64,000 nucleotides of DNA from an uncultured delta proteobacterium (GTDB lineage Bacteria > Desulfobacterota > WTBG01 > CAIYCZ01 > CAIRTM01), in NCBI GenBank assembly GCA_963804955.1, contig CAWDSQ010000024.1, forward strand, positions 64,001 to 128,000, in the 5' to 3' direction. Under the pieces are notes generated by a model that did no database searches, had not been told where the DNA came from, and saw only the letters and a program-made list of their open reading frames with translations. Both the position numbers and the translations under genes were made by a program. Within the stretch, counting starts at the first letter, position 1, and every line of letters begins with the position of its first letter. Positions 62,301-64,000 of the stretch are shown one piece after another.

Positions 62301-62449
62301 ATCAGGATGCCTCTGTTATGCCCATGCCTGTTAAGTCGTTAAGCGCTCCTGTTATTAAACTGATTGATTCATTGCTGTATTTTCCCAAAAAGCTCCTTCA
62401 TCAATCTTCAGAGTCCGGCATTATAAAAACTGACAATACGACCCAATAA
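59354..62449 (+). CDS. AsmA-like / YhdP-type large periplasmic beta-groove protein
   Basis: 1031 aa, N-terminal TM anchor, beta-rich; C-terminal AsmA_2-like segment GMPYDTIKADF..GPAMNLSAVGTID..KIVGAIPLAG. Confidence 0.8.
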   Translation: MTRKFFSTGLSILCFVLILCALAATLGMQLLGDLKTYVQISLKNAEQTTGYRITLDDIGWDIFEGTGIRIDNLVLYDAAGTTPLLECRKVHVKFDLLPLFNAKLIVSRVMLDDPHFTFYRSSSGNWKLPPLAVPVDTGSISSLDAFSDFSIALKRFTLNGGSLHFSDRLRNVKFDLHNLRLHLLHDKKSGTFGLTVHAEQPPEEGGLLAFKGVFKGIDSRGRPERLSGTGELQLKSAQLMRLAPYIFDNATAQAAHTRVNADLTVQLEPEWQFSLSGTIDSDNMSAPLPGGKLLSLGKSSLAFSAQAGTTMLLLNSYRLTCADNATLAGKCSLTGMNESSMRLELIGSSNRINLKDIAKLAGSFEAVPLKVKDLLASTRRGSIQLTDAHVLADFGNGAEQTLAKLTGTVQLYDVLTQFSPRLPPLRISHAMFHLQENKSLDAAIFARWPGTDNHTLNGTIESIFHEPKITLHAESELNAEGMEAILKAAAPALAEKISIPAGRISAKTQLDYSQQWHISTALDFKQAVVSAAGWLSKPAGIPLSLDVKTVLGKDMPAPLPLSFTVFNGEAVQADGTVTSWEPFSCSGAYHAENLDLSAFEMPYSKGLITVSGTVSGAGTWQIPPGKGNTFPVTGTCMLQDFSMVATGSGKLLVGGNLNGTFESSHFKIFSCRAAMGDTYGELSGSLTSLLPPRGRLDIMAELFDIDDFVIVMDHFIAVKDQMKLETTVAEPPIQNNSILMGTDLHMPLKLKRLNLWNWDLDNGTSLWTFKNGVMDWDNITLIGGGGPICGTVQLDFSKMPVRTLTLSPSRSQSDFLFVVPALRKNRTISGTMDMSGWFSSTFSRKEDLGRNMTGKFHIDVVDGKIQKLTILSKILELMNLGHWFSFISHDILSTGMPYDTIKADFTVDHAVMKTENLQLTGPAMNLSAVGTIDMRSEEMNLIIGAQILETFGKIVGAIPLAGSIVTGKDKTITLAYFKASGTYQDASVMPMPVKSLSAPVIKLIDSLLYFPKKLLHQSSESGIIKTDNTTQ

Positions 62450-62586
62450 TACCTTTCATCTACCTCAGCAGGCATAGAATACTGGCTGTATGGATCATTT
62501 TCCCGATTATATGGCTGCATGAACTGCACTGCCCGCACATAATTAGTACGTTAATAAAACTTGCTTTTTTGGTTTTATCATGTTAA

Positions 62587-62679
62587 TTAGCATGCTAACT
62601 AAAAAAGAATGCCTGCTGTGTTACCGCAGTCTATTTGACAAAGTGTTCATGATTAATGACAGACATTGACATTATGTCA
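62587..62679. promoter_or_regulatory. Two perfect palindromes upstream of etfB (candidate operators)
   Basis: TTAGCATGCTAA at 62587-62598; TGACAT-T-ATGTCA at 62667-62679; TTGACA at 62635. Confidence 0.45.
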
Positions 62680-62866
62680 GTTGCCAGTAAAAAAACCTTC
62701 TCTGGAATACTTGCAGGCAAACAATTTCTAAATAAAAACTATATCTAATGTATTTTTCCATATAAAGGCATCTCACCCGCGAATCCGAACAGTTTTGGCC
62801 TTAATCTTGCCTTTATTTCTTTGGGAATAAACGTCTCTACTATAAATTTTTTGGGAGGAGAGTTTT

Positions 62867-63679
62867 ATGCATATTGTCGTCTGTGTAAAGATGGTGCCTG
62901 ACACGACTCAGGTAAAAATCGATCCTGTAACCAACACGCTGGTGCGTGAGGGTGTGCCTTTCATCACCAATCCCTACGACACCAATGCAGTGGAAGAGGC
63001 AATTCGCTTCAAGGACAGGTATGGCGCGCATATAACAGCGGTCTCAATGGGCCCGCCGGCTGCAGAAAGTGTGCTCCGCAAGGCAATCTCGCAAGGTGTC
63101 GATGAGGGCATACTGCTCAGCGACCGGGTGTTCGGCGGAGCCGACACACTGGCAACTTCAACGGTGCTTGGCCTTGCGATTAAAAAAATCGCTGAAAAAC
63201 GGCCCGTTGATATCGTCCTGTGCGGCAAACAGACGATCGACGGCGATACGGCCCAGGTCGGCCCGGGCATCGCCCGCCGCATGGACATACCGCAGCTCAC
63301 GCTCGTTGATGAAGTCGTTTCGGTGAATCAGGAAAAGAAGACCATGAAGGTCCGCCGAAAGCTTGAAGCCTATCATGAAATTATCGAAACAAAAATGCCC
63401 TGCCTGCTCACCGTCGAACGGGAAATCAACACGCCCCGCTATCCTACCGTGCCCGGCCGGCTTGATGCCGAAGAGGCCCCCATCCAGGTGTGGAGCAATG
63501 CCATGCTGAAACTCGACCCGAAGACCATCGGCCTTTCCGGCTCCCCGACACAGGTGCGCAGAATATTCGCACCCGAGCGGACAAAGGGCGAAGTCATCAT
63601 GGGCGAGGGAGATCAGAAGGACACTGCCGTGGGCGCCATGTTCACGAAGCTGAAAGAGTGGGATTTTATCACAGCGTAA
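62867..63679 (+). CDS. etfB: Electron transfer flavoprotein beta subunit
   Basis: VCVKMVPDT, NPYD, SMGPP, GADTLATS, CGKQTIDGDTAQVGP. Confidence 0.93.
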   Translation: MHIVVCVKMVPDTTQVKIDPVTNTLVREGVPFITNPYDTNAVEEAIRFKDRYGAHITAVSMGPPAAESVLRKAISQGVDEGILLSDRVFGGADTLATSTVLGLAIKKIAEKRPVDIVLCGKQTIDGDTAQVGPGIARRMDIPQLTLVDEVVSVNQEKKTMKVRRKLEAYHEIIETKMPCLLTVEREINTPRYPTVPGRLDAEEAPIQVWSNAMLKLDPKTIGLSGSPTQVRRIFAPERTKGEVIMGEGDQKDTAVGAMFTKLKEWDFITA

Positions 63680-63709
63680 ATAACTAATTCATGAGTTGTG
63701 GGAGGATAC

Positions 63710-64000
63710 ATGGATCAACAGCCAAAAAAAATAAAAAAACCCCGCGGCAAAGCCCGCCTGCTTGAAGGCAAATGCATCGCCTGCGGCGCCCGCTGCCAGG
63801 CATCATGCCCTGCCGATGCCATAGAAATGAATGCAAAGGAAGAGCCGATCATCAGCGCTGAAAAGTGCATCGGCTGCCAGAAATGCGTTAAAATCTGCCC
63901 CGGCAGCGCCATTGAAATGTATTTCACGCCGGAGGAGCTGAAAATTCTCGAAGAGCTTGCAGCCCAGGGCGGTGCAGCAGCCCCTGCCGAGGAAGAAGAG
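63710..64000 (+). CDS. 2x[4Fe-4S] ferredoxin domain, probably the N-terminus of EtfA (3' end outside window; not in ORF track)
   Basis: GGAGG RBS; MDQQPKKIKKPRGKARLLEGKCIACGARCQASCP..CIGCQKCVKICP; open to window end; directly follows etfB. Confidence 0.8.
   Translation, partial: MDQQPKKIKKPRGKARLLEGKCIACGARCQASCPADAIEMNAKEEPIISAEKCIGCQKCVKICPGSAIEMYFTPEELKILEELAAQGGAAAPAEEEE

Noticed and set aside
1..64000. CRISPR arrays, tRNA and rRNA genes
   Set aside because: No regularly spaced direct repeats, cloverleaf motifs or rRNA-like segments seen.

Overview
Bacterial chromosomal segment whose gene content and style point to an anaerobic Desulfobacterota/deltaproteobacterium (inference). About 15 genes are split by 1-bp frameshifts, most likely errors in an unpolished long-read assembly. 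No rRNA, tRNA, CRISPR array, intact transposase or prophage was recognised. Main content: (1) Ski2-like helicase, archaeal-style glyA, amidohydrolase and DUF3786 genes. (2) Two inverted paralogous MFS transporters, each fused to a C-terminal PCP_red-like helical domain; the left copy carries a decayed tail of the SDR gene that precedes the right copy, showing the direction of duplication. (3) A decayed acyl-carrier-protein remnant ahead of a nitronate-monooxygenase/FabK-like gene. (4) A minus-strand run: BPL_N-like protein, NarI-like membrane subunit, HdrD/GlpC-like CCG protein, MORN protein, NitT/TauT ABC importer, MSMEG_0568-family radical SAM and GNAT. (5) A TetR-associated cluster of three NOL/NYC1-like SDRs, an exported CxxCH + flavin-binding split-barrel fusion and the MFS. 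(6) A 9-kb redox cluster of four FAD-linked (GlcD/VAO-like) oxidoreductases in two paralogous pairs, with an amidohydrolase, an SCP2-like protein and a CCG Fe-S protein. (7) gdhA flanked by a full NrpR and an HTH-less NrpR-domain paralogue, with tandem GGCA-N6-TGCC palindromes in its promoter. (8) Three MITE/REP-like palindromic elements, an IS200/IS605-like end, ino1, an AsmA-like gene and the start of etfB/etfA. The best candidates for undescribed systems are (5), (6), (7) and (4).
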